Assembly: GCF_902713615.1 (NCBI RefSeq)
Contig: NC_052172.1
Location: 248,001-312,000, forward strand
Origin: Scyliorhinus canicula
Lineage: Eukaryota
DNA length: 64,000 nt
Direction of reading: 5' to 3'
Made by a program: the position numbers and the translations under genes. The notes below the pieces were generated by a model. It saw only the letters and a list, made by a program, of their open reading frames with translations. It was not told where the DNA came from and ran no database searches. Shown piece after piece: positions 39,062 through 50,212 of this stretch (positions are counted from its first letter, which is position 1; the number at the start of each line of letters is the position of its first letter).

Positions 39062-40265
39062 TTTTAAAATGGCGAGGTTTTCTCACCTCTGTGGGAACTC
39101 CCATTCAAAATGCACTTTGGGTTAAAAATCTCCTCGATGCTATTCAGCTACCCCGTCAATTGGCAGTTATTAAATGCATTACGCACACGAAGGGTGACAC
39201 TCCTGTTCAATTAGGAAATGCCCGTGCTGATTCAGCTGCTAAAACTGCAGCTTCATCAACCTCTTTAATTGTTCCCAGTGGGGCTAATCAGGCTCTAAAC
39301 CAGGTACCTGCATTACGGACGAAGGGCATGCCAGAGATAGCTGAAGTTCAAAATTTACAGAGGGACGCCTCTGATTCTGAGCGAACACTATGGAAGTCAA
39401 TGAAGTGTTCGCACTCCTTGACACGAGACCTCTGGCTGACTCCAGTTGGTCAAGTTTGTATTCCGAATTCTTTATTGCCGTTACTTGTTGATTATTTGCA
39501 TTCTTGTACCCATCTTGGTAAGGAGGGAGTGGTACAGCTCCTCCTAAAAGCTTGGTGGCACCCAGATTTGAATACAGCAGCGCAAACACGGCTGGATCGA
39601 TGCGTCATTTGCATGAAACATAACAAGATTAAATGCCCTCCGGGAACCACCCCCTTGCCAGATGATCCTTTTGCTTGTATACAGCTTGATTTTATCGAAT
39701 TGTCAAAAGCACAGTGTTATAAATATTGTTTAGTAATAATTGATGTGTTTAGTAAATGGATTGAAGCCTTCCCCACCACTAATTGTACGGCACATACAAT
39801 AGTGAAGTTGTTGTTAACGGAAGTCATTTCTCGTTTTGGGGTACCCAAAATGGTGAGCTCAGACAATGGACCACATTTTGTAGCTCGGATCAATACTGAA
39901 TTGTGCAAAGCCCTTGTAATTAAACAGCAACTGCACTGCGCGTATCACCCGCAGGTAGCAGGAATTTTGGAAAGAGCCAACGGGACTTGAAAAGAAAAAT
40001 TATCTAAATTAACTGAAGAAACTGGGTTAAATTGGCTAAAAGTATAACCCTTAGCACTGTTTCACATGCAAGTGACTCCCCATTCGCGGACCGGACTGTC
40101 AGCTGCAGAGATAGTCTATGGTCGGCCAATGAGGACTCCCTGGGATGCCCATGAAAAAAACCCCTAGAGGGAGTAGACCTCAATGTGATGAGGGAACAAA
40201 TGCAGAACTATTTGATGCAATTAACACTTTCTTTGAAGTTTCTTCACTCACAGGTAAAACAGGTA
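39062..40265 (+). pseudogene. pol: ERV pol (RNase H-integrase) fragment; C-terminus continues at 45304-45535
   Basis: LHSCTHLG..CVIC, LDFIEL..SSDNGPHF..ILERANGT*; QVKQV|LPVTT joins across the LINE. Confidence 0.9.
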
Positions 40266-40369
40266 CATAGAACATAGAACATAGAACATAGAACGATACA
40301 GCGCAGTACAGGCCCTTCGGCCCTCAATGTTGCACCGACATGGAAAAAAAAAACTAAAGGCCATCTAAC

Positions 40370-43273
40370 CTACACTATGCCCTTATCATCCATATGCTTA
40401 TCCAATAAATTTTTAAATGCCCTCAATGTTGGCGAGTTCACTACTGTTGCAGGTAGGGCATTCCACGGCCTCACCACTCTTTGCGTAAAAAACCCACCTC
40501 TGACCTCTGTCCTATATCTATTACCCCTCAATTTAAGGCTATGTCCCCTCGTGCTAGCCACCTCCATCCGCGGGAGAAGGCTCTCGCTGTCCACCCTATC
40601 TAACCCTCTGATCATTTTGTATGCCTCTATTAAGTCACCTCTTAACCTTCTTCTCTCTAACGAAAACAACCTCAAGTCCATCAGCCTTTCCTCATAAGAT
40701 TTTCCCTCCATACCAGGCAACATCCTGGTAAATCTCCTCTGCACCCGTTCCAAAGCTTCCACGTCCTTCCTATAATGAGGCGACCAGAACTGTACGCAAT
40801 ACTCCAAATGCGGCCGTACCAGAGTTTGGTACAGCTGCATCATGACCTCATGGCTCCGGAACTCAATCCCTCTACCAATAAAGGCCAACACACCATAGGC
40901 CTTCTTCACAACCCTATCAACCTGGGTGGCAACTTTCAGGGATCTATGTACATGGACACCGAGATCCCTCTGCTCATCCACACTACCAAGAATTTTACCA
41001 TTAGCCAAATATTCCGCATTCCTGTTATTCTTTCCAAAGTGAATCACCTCACACTTTTCCACATTAAACTCCATTTGCCACCTCTCAGCCCAGCTCTGCA
41101 GCTTATCTATGTCCCTCTGTAACCTGCAACATCCTTCCGCACTGTCTACAACTCCACCGACTTTAGTGTCGTCTGCAAATTTACTCACCCATCCTTCTGC
41201 GCCCTCCTCTAGGTCATTTATAAAAATGACAAACAGCAACGGCCCCAGAACAGATCCTTGTGGTACGCCACTCGTAACTGAACTCCATTCTGAACATTTC
41301 CCATCAACTACCACTCTCTGTCTTCTTTCAACTAGCCAATTTCTGATCCACATCTCTAAATCACCCTCAATCCCCAGCCTCCGTATTTTCTGCAATAGAC
41401 GACCGTGGGGAACCTTATCAAACGCTTTACTGAAATCCATATACACCACATCAACTGCTCTACCCTCGTCTACCTGTTCAGTCACCTTCTCAAAGAACTC
41501 GATAAGGTTTGTGAGGCATGACCTACCCTTCACAAAACCATGCTGACTATCCCTAATCATATTATTCCTATCTAGATGATTATAAATCGTATCTTTTATA
41601 ATCCTCTCCAAGACTTTACCCACCACAGACGTTAGGCTCACCGGCCTATAGTTACCGGGGTTATCTCTACTCCCCTTCTTGAACAAAGGGACCACATTTG
41701 CTATCCTCCAGTCCTCTGGCACTATTCCTGTAGCCAATGATGACCTAAAAATCAAAGCCAAAGGCTCAGCAATCTCTTCCCTGGCTTCCCAGAGAATCCT
41801 AGGATAAATCCCATCCGGCCCCGGGGACTTATCTATTTTCACCTTGTCCAGAATTGCCAACATGTCTTCCCTACGCACCTCAATGCCATCTATTCTAATA
41901 GCCTGGGTCTCAGCATTCTCCTCCACAATATTATCTTTTTCTTGAGTGAATACTGACGAAAAGTATTCATTTAGTATCTCGCTTATCTCCTCAGCCTCCA
42001 CACACAACTTCCCACCACTGTCCTTGACTGGCCCTACTCTTACCCTAGTCATTCTTTTATTCCTGACATACCTATAGAAAGCTTTTGGGTTTTCCTTGAT
42101 CCTACCTGCCAAAGACTTCTCATGTCCCCTCCTTGCTCGTCTCAGCTCTCTCTTTAGATCCTTCCTCGCTTCCTTGTAACTATCAAGTGCCCCAACTGAA
42201 ACTTCACGCCTCATCTTCACATAGGCCTCCTTCTTCCTCTTAACAAGAGATTCCACTTCTTTGGTAAACCACGGTTCCCTCGCTCGACCCCTTCCTCCCT
42301 GCCTGACTGGTACGTACTTATCAAGAACATGCAATAGCTGTTCCTTGAACAAGCTCCACATATCCAGTGTGCCCAACCCTTGCAGCCTACTTCTCCAACC
42401 AACACATCCTAAGTCATGTCTAATGGCATCATAATTGCCCTTCCCCCAGCTATAACTCTTGCTCTGCGGGGTATACTTATCCCTTTCCATCACTAACGTA
42501 AAGGTCACCGAATTGTGGTCACTGTCTCCAAAGTGTTCACCTACCTCCAGATCTAACACCTGTCCTGGTTCATTGCCCAAAACCAAATCCAAAGTGGCCT
42601 CACCTCTTGTTGGCCTGTCAACATATTGTGTCAGAAAACCCTCCTGCACACATTGTACAAAGAACGACCCATCCAATGTACTCGAACTATATCTTTTCCA
42701 GTCAATATTAGGAAAGTTAAAGTCTCCCATAACAACTACCCTGTTACTTTCGCTCTTTTCCAGAATCATCTTCGCCATCCTTTCCTCTACATCTCTAGAA
42801 CTATTAGGTGGCCTATAGAAAACTCCCAACAGGGTGACCTCTCCTTTCCTGTTTCTAACCTCAGCCCATACTACCTCGGAAGAAGAGTCCCCATCTTGCA
42901 TCCTTTCTACCACCGTAATACTGTCCTTGACTAGCAGCGCCACAACTCCCCCTCTTTTGCCCCCTTCTCTGACCTTACTAAAGCACCTAAACCCCGGAAC
43001 CTGCAACAACCATTCCTGTCCCTGCTCTATCCATGTCTCTGAAATGGCCACAACATCGAAGTCCCAGGTACCAACCCATGCTGCCAGTTCCCCTACCTTA
43101 TTTCGTATACTCCTGGCATTGAAATAGACACACTTCAAACCACAGACCTGAACACTGCCGCCCTCCTGCGAAGTCAAAACTGTGCTCCTGACCTCTCTAC
43201 TCTCAATCTCTCGCACCCCAAAACTACAATCCAGGTTCCCATGCCCCTGCTGAATTAGTTTAAACCCCCCCAA
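40370..43273 (-). CDS. CR1 ORF2: AP endonuclease + reverse transcriptase (no upstream ATG)
   Basis: YFNARS, SETW, GDFN, SDH; [29 protein letters not shown]; uninterrupted. Confidence 0.95.
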   Translation of the reverse strand: MGGFKLIQQGHGNLDCSFGVREIESREVRSTVLTSQEGGSVQVCGLKCVYFNARSIRNKVGELAAWVGTWDFDVVAISETWIEQGQEWLLQVPGFRCFSKVREGGKRGGVVALLVKDSITVVERMQDGDSSSEVVWAEVRNRKGEVTLLGVFYRPPNSSRDVEERMAKMILEKSESNRVVVMGDFNFPNIDWKRYSSSTLDGSFFVQCVQEGFLTQYVDRPTRGEATLDLVLGNEPGQVLDLEVGEHFGDSDHNSVTFTLVMERDKYTPQSKSYSWGKGNYDAIRHDLGCVGWRSRLQGLGTLDMWSLFKEQLLHVLDKYVPVRQGGRGRAREPWFTKEVESLVKRKKEAYVKMRREVSVGALDSYKEARKDLKRELRRARRGHEKSLAGRIKENPKAFYRYVRNKRMTRVRVGPVKDSGGKLCVEAEEISEILNEYFSSVFTQEKDNIVEENAETQAIRIDGIEVRREDMLAILDKVKIDKSPGPDGIYPRILWEAREEIAEPLALIFRSSLATGIVPEDWRIANVVPLFKKGSRDNPGNYRPVSLTSVVGKVLERIIKDTIYNHLDRNNMIRDSQHGFVKGRSCLTNLIEFFEKVTEQVDEGRAVDVVYMDFSKAFDKVPHGRLLQKIRRLGIEGDLEMWIRNWLVERRQRVVVDGKCSEWSSVTSGVPQGSVLGPLLFVIFINDLEEGAEGWVSKFADDTKVGGVVDSAEGCCRLQRDIDKLQSWAERWQMEFNVEKCEVIHFGKNNRNAEYLANGKILGSVDEQRDLGVHVHRSLKVATQVDRVVKKAYGVLAFIGRGIEFRSHEVMMQLYQTLVRPHLEYCVQFWSPHYRKDVEALERVQRRFTRMLPGMEGKSYEERLMDLRLFSLERRRLRGDLIEAYKMIRGLDRVDSESLLPRMEVASTRGHSLKLRGNRYRTEVRGGFFTQRVVRPWNALPATVVNSPTLRAFKNLLDKHMDDKGIV

Positions 43274-44181
43274 AGAGTACTAACAAATCTCCCCCCCAGG
43301 ATATTGGTGCCCCTCAGGTTCAGATGTAGACCATCCTGTCTATAGAGGTCCCACCTTCCCCAGAAAGAGCCCCAGTTATCCAGAAATCTGAATCCCTCCC
43401 GCCTGCACCATCCCTGTAGCCACGTGTTTAATTGCTCTCTCTCCCTATTCCTCATCTCACTATCACGTGGCACGGGCAACAACCCAGAGATAACAACTCT
43501 GTTTGTTCTCGCTCTGAGCTTCCATCCTAGCTCCCTAAAGGCCTGCCTGACATCCTTGTCCCCTTTCCTACCTATGTCGTTAGTGCCAATGTGGACTACG
43601 ACTTGGGGCTGCTCCCCCTCCCCTTTAAGGACCCGGAAAACACGATCCGAGACATCACGTACCCTTGCACCTGGGAGGCAACATACCAAACGTGAGTCTC
43701 TCTCGCTCCCACAAAATCTCCTATCTGTGCCCCTGACTATTGAGTCCCCAATTACTAATGTTCTACTCCTTTCCCCCCTTCCCTTCTGAGCAACAGGGAC
43801 AGACTCCGTGCCAGAGGCCCGTACCCCATGGCTTACCCCTGGTAAGTCGTCCCCCCCACAAGTATCCAAAACGGTATACTTGTTACTCAGGGGAACGACC
43901 GCAGGGGGTCCCTGCACTGACTGCTTCTTCCCAGTCCCTCTTACAGTTACCCATCTATCTCCAGTCTTTGGTGTAACTACTTCCCTGAAGCTCCTATCAA
44001 TGACCCCCTCTGCCTCCCGAATGATCCGAAGTTCATCCAGCTCAAGCTCCAGGTCCCTAACACGGTTTTTGAGGAGCTGGAGTTGGGTGCACTTCCCACA
44101 GATGAAATCAGCAGGGACACTGACGGCGTCCCTCACCTCAAACATTCTGCAGGAGGAGCATTGTACTGCCTTCCCTGACAT
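43255..44181 (-). CDS. CR1 ORF1: zinc finger/coiled coil + SGNH esterase (308 aa)
   Basis: ATG at 44181; CSSC..CGKC, GDS, GTND, DGLH motifs. Confidence 0.93.
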   Translation of the reverse strand: MSGKAVQCSSCRMFEVRDAVSVPADFICGKCTQLQLLKNRVRDLELELDELRIIREAEGVIDRSFREVVTPKTGDRWVTVRGTGKKQSVQGPPAVVPLSNKYTVLDTCGGDDLPGVSHGVRASGTESVPVAQKGRGERSRTLVIGDSIVRGTDRRFCGSERDSRLVCCLPGARVRDVSDRVFRVLKGEGEQPQVVVHIGTNDIGRKGDKDVRQAFRELGWKLRARTNRVVISGLLPVPRDSEMRNREREQLNTWLQGWCRREGFRFLDNWGSFWGRWDLYRQDGLHLNLRGTNILGGRFVSTLWGGLN

Positions 44182-44431
44182 CCCCTCTAGATTAAAAAAA
44201 AAACAAGAAAAAGAAAAAGAAAGGAAGAGCTTACCTGATATTATCTCAAACCCTGATCCCGCTGAAAGGTAAGCAAATTTAAAGGCACTCACTCACCTTC
44301 ACGACAGGCCCCTGCTCCCGCTTCCCAACCACCGTGGGGTGGGGGGGTTGGTTAGAGGAGGAGGTAGGGTGGGAAACACTCACAAAGTGTTTCGGGTATA
44401 ACTGTCACTTGCCAACAGCCCCTCCACAAAC

Positions 44432-45303
44432 CACCTTCAACTTAGGCTGACCTCACTGCACGTATGCAAATTTCCCCAGAACAGCTGATCAGTAGCTCTG
44501 CTCTGCTGCCCTCTGCTGGTTGCTTGCCTTTACTCAAACTCCTTGGGTCTTCTTCGCAGGTTCACCTTCAACTTAGGCTGACCTCACTGCACGTATGCAA
44601 ATTTCCCCAGAACAGCTGATCAGTAGCTCTGCTCTGCTGCCCTCTGCTGGTTGCTTGCCTTTACTCAAACTCCTTGGGTCTTCTTCGCAGGTTCACCTTC
44701 AACTTAGGCTGACCTCACTGCACGTATGCAAATTTCCCCAGAACAGCTGATCAGTAGCTCTGCTCTGCTGCCCTCTGCTGGTTGCTTGCCTTTACTCAAA
44801 CTCCTTGGGTCTTCTTCGCAGGTTCACCTTCAACTTAGGCTGACCTCACTGCACGTATGCAAATTTCCCCAGAACAGCTGATCAGTAGCTCTGCTCTGCT
44901 GCCCTCTGCTGGTTGCTTGCCTTTACTCAAACTCCTTGGGTCTTCTTCGCAGGTTCACCTTCAACTTAGGCTGACCTCACTGCACGTATGCAAATTTCCC
45001 CAGAACAGCTGATCAGTAGCTCTGCTCTGCTGCCCTCTGCTGGTTGCTTGCCTTTACTCAAACTCCTTGGGTCTTCTTCGCAGGTTCACCTTCAACTTAG
45101 GCTGACCTCACTGCACGTATGCAAATTTCCCCAGAACAGCTGATCAGTAGCTCTGCTCTGCTGCCCTCTGCTGGTTGCTTGCCTTTACTCAAACTCCTTG
45201 GGTCTTCTTCGCAGGTTCACCTTCAACTTAGGCTGACCTCACTGCACGTATGCAAATTTCCCCAGAACAGCTGATCAGTAGCTCTGCTCTGCTGCCCTCT
45301 GCT
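44432..45303 (-). repeat. LINE 5' monomer array, 131 bp x 6.7, each with an octamer
   Basis: Units start at 44432, 44563, 44694, 44825, 44956, 45087, 45218; ATGCAAAT in each. Confidence 0.95.
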
Positions 45304-45529
45304 CTACCAGTAACGACAGGGACAGCCGTCCCTCGATATCCAGTGGTCAAACCCGGAGACCTCGTGTTGGTAAAAAAAACTGGGACAGAAAGAAACTAGA
45401 ACAACGCTGGAGCGGACCATTCCTTGTACTACTGACGACGCCAACTTCGGTCAAACTTGAAGGACGTTCAAGTTGGATACATCTATCCCATTGCAAGAAG
45501 ATAGTCTCCAACCCAGACGAGAACACAGG

Positions 45530-46665
45530 ATGAAGATCTTCAGTATAATTTTTGGACTTTCTGGACTATTTAGCCTTGATGGCCACTCGGTAGTAAAAAA
45601 AAACGAACTAAACGAGACCTGCCTTCCAATACCTATTTACATATGTCATATCTTTACGCCGAAAAATTGAATATTAGCAAGTGTTGGGTTTGCACCCACA
45701 TTCCTGTCCATTCAAGGGAAGGAATACCTCTCCAATCTCTCCCCCTTCATACCGCAGAGACAGTTCAATGGATTTTATGACAAAATAAAACAGGAATCAG
45801 GGGAGATAGGGGGAATATGAAAATATGGAGATCTGCTATGACATGACTACATTTTCAGCTTCGTATCAACCTACCTGTAATCATGCCTTGACTCCACCCT
45901 CCCTCACTGTCCACTCATATAATGTTCAAGGTCCCATATGTTTTAATAAATCAGGGAAAGGAAAGTTAATGGGGCAAAGTAGGTGCAACCTACCAATACA
46001 ATCCCCTGGATGACATCAGCTGATGATTTTACAGCCTACAATGGAACCTATTTCATATGTGGCACTAAAGCATATCCGTGGCTCCCCATGGATTGGACAG
46101 GATCCTGCTTTTTGGGATATGTCATACCCCAAATGCATCACCAACCCATCCTTAAGCACTCCCCCTCGCGAGCAAAAAGAACAATTTCTAAAACGGAACG
46201 GGCAAGGCATGAACGAACTGATCTACATGGCCTCAGCATTGGAAAATCTGGCAAACGTAACGGCAACAGAAGCCAGGGACACTAGACAGGCACTGGCCGA
46301 GGTCTCAGCTGAGCTAGTGGCTGTCCGGACCGTGGCATTACAAAATCGACTGGCTTTGGATTATCTGTTAGCCTTGCAGGGAGGAGTGTGCGCTATCATA
46401 GGCCAAGAGTGCTGTACTTACATTCCAGATGGCTCTGAAAATATCACTAACCTGGCCGACCATATTAAGAGACAGGCTGCTCAAATTCAAGAAATTGGCA
46501 GTGAATTTCATGACTATAACCTATTGGCTAGGGTGGTTGGGTCATGGATTATTTGACTGGATCTTTAATGCCTTTCTTCTACTGCTACTAATGCTATTAG
46601 GGATAGGATTGCTTTCCTGCTTGTGTAAATGCATTTTCAAACGAATCATGGATATACCTATTTAG
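45530..46665 (+). pseudogene. env: ERV env (frameshifted)
   Basis: Signal peptide MKIFSIIFGL, CWVC, RAKR, LQNRLALDYLLALQGGVCAIIGQECC, TM FLLLLLMLLGIGLL. Confidence 0.9.
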
Positions 46666-46696
46666 CCAGTTGTCATGATATGACAAAAGGGGGGAG

Positions 46697-47224
46697 TGTG
46701 GTATTGTGTGAAGCAAATAATGGCATGATGGGAAAACTAGTCAAGTCTTCTTGGTACAATTGAATTTAACCTAAGACACAGATTCATAATACACATAGAC
46801 AGCATGTCCTGAGAGTCTAGATAAGGCTTGGAGCCCGAAGTAGTCGTAATACATAACAAGCTGAACAACTATCTCTTCCTGTTCCTAAACAACTTCTTCC
46901 CTTACTTAAAACAAAGACAAGATAATAATATGAAACTCACGTCCCCTGGCGGTCAGCAAGGAGCCGCCATGGTAACGATTATTACTTATGTTTTACTTTT
47001 GACCAAATTCCTGACCAAGCTGTATTCATGTTATCTTGATCCTATAATGTATAAGAATCGCCTTCTTTTTCTGTACTAGCGCAGACTTGGGACGGACTCC
47101 GCAGTTTGTAATTGACTGCCTTCCGACTTTCCAAGTATCAGCCAATTTCTGCTAGCAGTTCTAATTAGTGAATAAAGTACAGTTTTGCTTACCTAATGAA
47201 TGCTGTTTGAATTTCTCTATCACA
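46697..47224 (+). repeat. ERV 3' LTR (528 bp)
   Basis: Follows the PPT; TGTGGTA...TATCACA termini; TATAA ~47043-47055; AATAAA at 47171. Confidence 0.8.
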
Positions 47225-49012
47225 GTCAAGACGCGGGGAAAATATAAAATACAACAATTCCAGGCAACATCCTGGTAAATCTCCTTTGCACCTTTTCCAA
47301 AGCTTCCACATCCTTCCTAAAATGAGGTGACCAGAACTGCACACAGTACTCCAAATGTGGCCCGACCAAGGTTTTGTACAGCTGCATCATCACCTCATGG
47401 CTCTTAAAATCAATCCCTCTGCTAATGAACGCTAGCACACCATAGGCCTTCTTCACAGCTCTATCCACTTGAGTGGCAACTTTCAAAGATCTATGAACAT
47501 AGACCCCAAGATCTCTCTGCTCCTCCACATTGCCAAGAACCCTACCATTAACCCTGTATTCCGCATTCATATTTGTCCTTCCAAAATGGACAACCTCACA
47601 CTTGTCAGGGTTAAACTCCATCTGCCACTTCTCAGCCCAGCTCTGCATTCTATCTATGTCTCTTTGAAGCCGACAACAGCCCTCCTCACTATCTACAACA
47701 CCACAAATCTTCGTATCATCTGCAAATTTACTGATCCACCCTTCAACTCCCGCATCCAAGTCGTTAATGAATATCACAAACAGCAAGGGACCCAGAACTG
47801 ATCCCTGCTGTACGCCACTGATAACTGGGCTCCAGGCTGAATATTTGCCATCCACCACCACTCTCAGTCTTCTATCGGTTAGCCAGTTTGTTATCCAACT
47901 GGCCAAATTTCCCACTATCCCATGCCTCCTTACTTTCTGCATAAGCCTACCATGGGCAACCTTATCTAATGCCTTTCTAAAATCCATGTACACTACATCC
48001 ACTGCTTTACCTTCATCCACATGCTTGGTCACCTCCTCAAAGAAGTCAATAAAACTTGCAAGGCAAGACCTACCCCTCACAAATCCGTGCTGACTATCCC
48101 TAATCAAGCAATGCCTTTCCAGATGCTCAGAAATCCTATCCCTCAGTACCCTCCCCATTACTTCGCCTACCACCGAAGTAAGACTAACTGGCCTGTAATT
48201 CCCAGGGTTATCCCTATTCCCTTTTTTGAACAGGGGGACGACATTAGCCACTCTCCAATCCTCTGGTACCACTCCTGTTGACAGTGAGGACGAAAAGATC
48301 ATTGCCAACGGCTCTGCAATTTCATTTCTTGCTTCCCATAGAATCCTTGGATATATCCCGTCAGGCCCGGGGAACTTGTCTATCCTCAAGTTTTTCAAAA
48401 CGCGCAACACATCTTCCTTCCTGACAAGTATCTCCTCAAGCTTATCAGTCTGCTTCACGCTGTCCTCTCCAACAATATGGCCCCTCTCGTTTGTAAATAC
48501 TGAAGCAAAATACTTGTTCAAGACCTCTCCTATCTCTTCAGACTCAATACACAATCTCCCGCTACTGTCCTTAATCGGACCTACCTCGCTCTAGTCATTC
48601 TCATATTTCTCACATATGTGTAAAAGGCCTTGGTGTTTTCCTTGATCCTACCCGCCAAAGATTTTTCATGCCCTCTCTTAGCTCTCCTAATCCCTTTCGT
48701 CAGTTCCCTCCTGGCTATCTTGTATCCCTCCAGCGCCCTGTCTGAACCTTGTTTCTTCAGCCTTACATAAATCTCCTTCTTCCTCTTAACAAGACATTCA
48801 ACCTTTCTTGTCAACCATGGTTCCCTCACTCGACCATCTCTTCCCTGCCTGACAGGGACATGCATATCAAAGACACGCAGTACCTGTTCCTTGAACAAGT
48901 TCCACATTTCACTTGTGTCCTTCCCTGACAGCCTATGTTCCCAACTTCTGCACTTCAATTCTTGTCTGACAGCATTGTATTTACCCTTCCCCCAATTTAC
49001 CCTTCCCCCAAT

Positions 49013-49386
49013 TATGAAGGGAATAGATAGGATAGATGCGGGCAGGTTGTTTCCACTGGCGGGTGACAGCAGAACTAGGGGGCATAGCCTCAAAATAAGG
49101 GGAAGTAGATTTAGGACTGAGTTTAGGAGGAACTTCTTCACCCAAAGGGTTGTGAATCTATGGAATTCCTTGCCCAGTGAAGCAGTTGAGGCTCCTTCAT
49201 TACATGTTTTTAAGGTAAAGATAGATAGTTTTTTGAAGAATAAAGGGATTAAGGGTTATGGTGTTCGGGCCGGAAAGTGGAGCTGAGTCCACAAAAGATC
49301 AGCCATGATCTAATTGAATGGTGGAGCAGGCTCGAGGGGCCAGATGGCCTACTCCTGCTCCTAGTTCTTATGTTCTTATGTTCTTA
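49013..49386 (+). mobile_element. CR1 3' fragment nested in LINE
   Basis: RNFFTQRVVNLWNSLP, (ttcttatg)n tail; absent from the paralog at ~3277. Confidence 0.9.
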
Positions 49387-50212
49387 TAAACCTTGCCCTG
49401 TTGCACGCACCTATCCCTCTCCATAACTAAAGTGAAAGTCACAGAATTGTGGCCACTACCTCCAAAATGCTCCCCCACTAACAAATCTATCACCTGCCCT
49501 GGTTCATTACAAAGTACTACATCCAATATGGCCTCCCCTCTGGTCGGACAATCTACATACTGTGTTAGAAAAGCTTCCTGGACACACTGCACAAACACTA
49601 CCCCATCCAAACTATTTGATCTAAAGAGTTTCCACTCAATGTTTGGGAAGTTGAAGTCACCCATGACTACTACCCTGTGACTTCTGCACCTTTCCAAAAT
49701 CTGTTTCCCAATCTGTTCCTCCACATCTCTGCTGCTATTGGGGGGCCTATAGAAAACTCCCAACAAGGTGACTGCTTCTTTCCTATTTCTGACTTCAACC
49801 CATATTACCTCAGTAGGCAGATCCCCCTCGAACTGCCTTTCTGCAGCTGTTATACTATCTCTAATTAACAATGCCACCCCCCCCCCCCCACCTCTTTTAC
49901 CAACCTCCCTAATCTTGTTGAAACATCTATAACCAGGGACCTCCAACAACCATTTCTGCCCATCTTCTATCCAAGTTTCCGTGATGGCCACCACATCGTA
50001 GTCCCAAGTACCGATCCATGCCTTAAGTTCACCCACCTTATTCCTGATGCTTCTTGCATTAAAGTATACACACTTCAACCCATCTCCTTGCCTGCAAGTA
50101 CTCTCCTTTGTCATTGTTACCTTCCCCACTGCATCACTACGTGCTTTGGCGTCCTGACTATCGTCTTCCTTAGTTGCTGGACTACAAATCTGTTTCCCAT
50201 TCCCCAGCCAAA

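Larger units (their letters stand above)
40266..45303 (-). mobile_element. Young full-length CR1 LINE with both ORFs open
   Basis: (ttctatg)n tail, 967-codon ORF2, ORF1, identical 5' monomers. Confidence 0.97.
39062..47224 (+). mobile_element. Class I (gamma/epsilon-like) endogenous retrovirus remnant: partial pol, env, 3' LTR
   Basis: RNase H end, integrase HHCC and DDE, GPF motif at ~45413, env with CWVC/RAKR/ISD/CX6CC, PPT aaaaggggggag, LTR. Confidence 0.92.
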
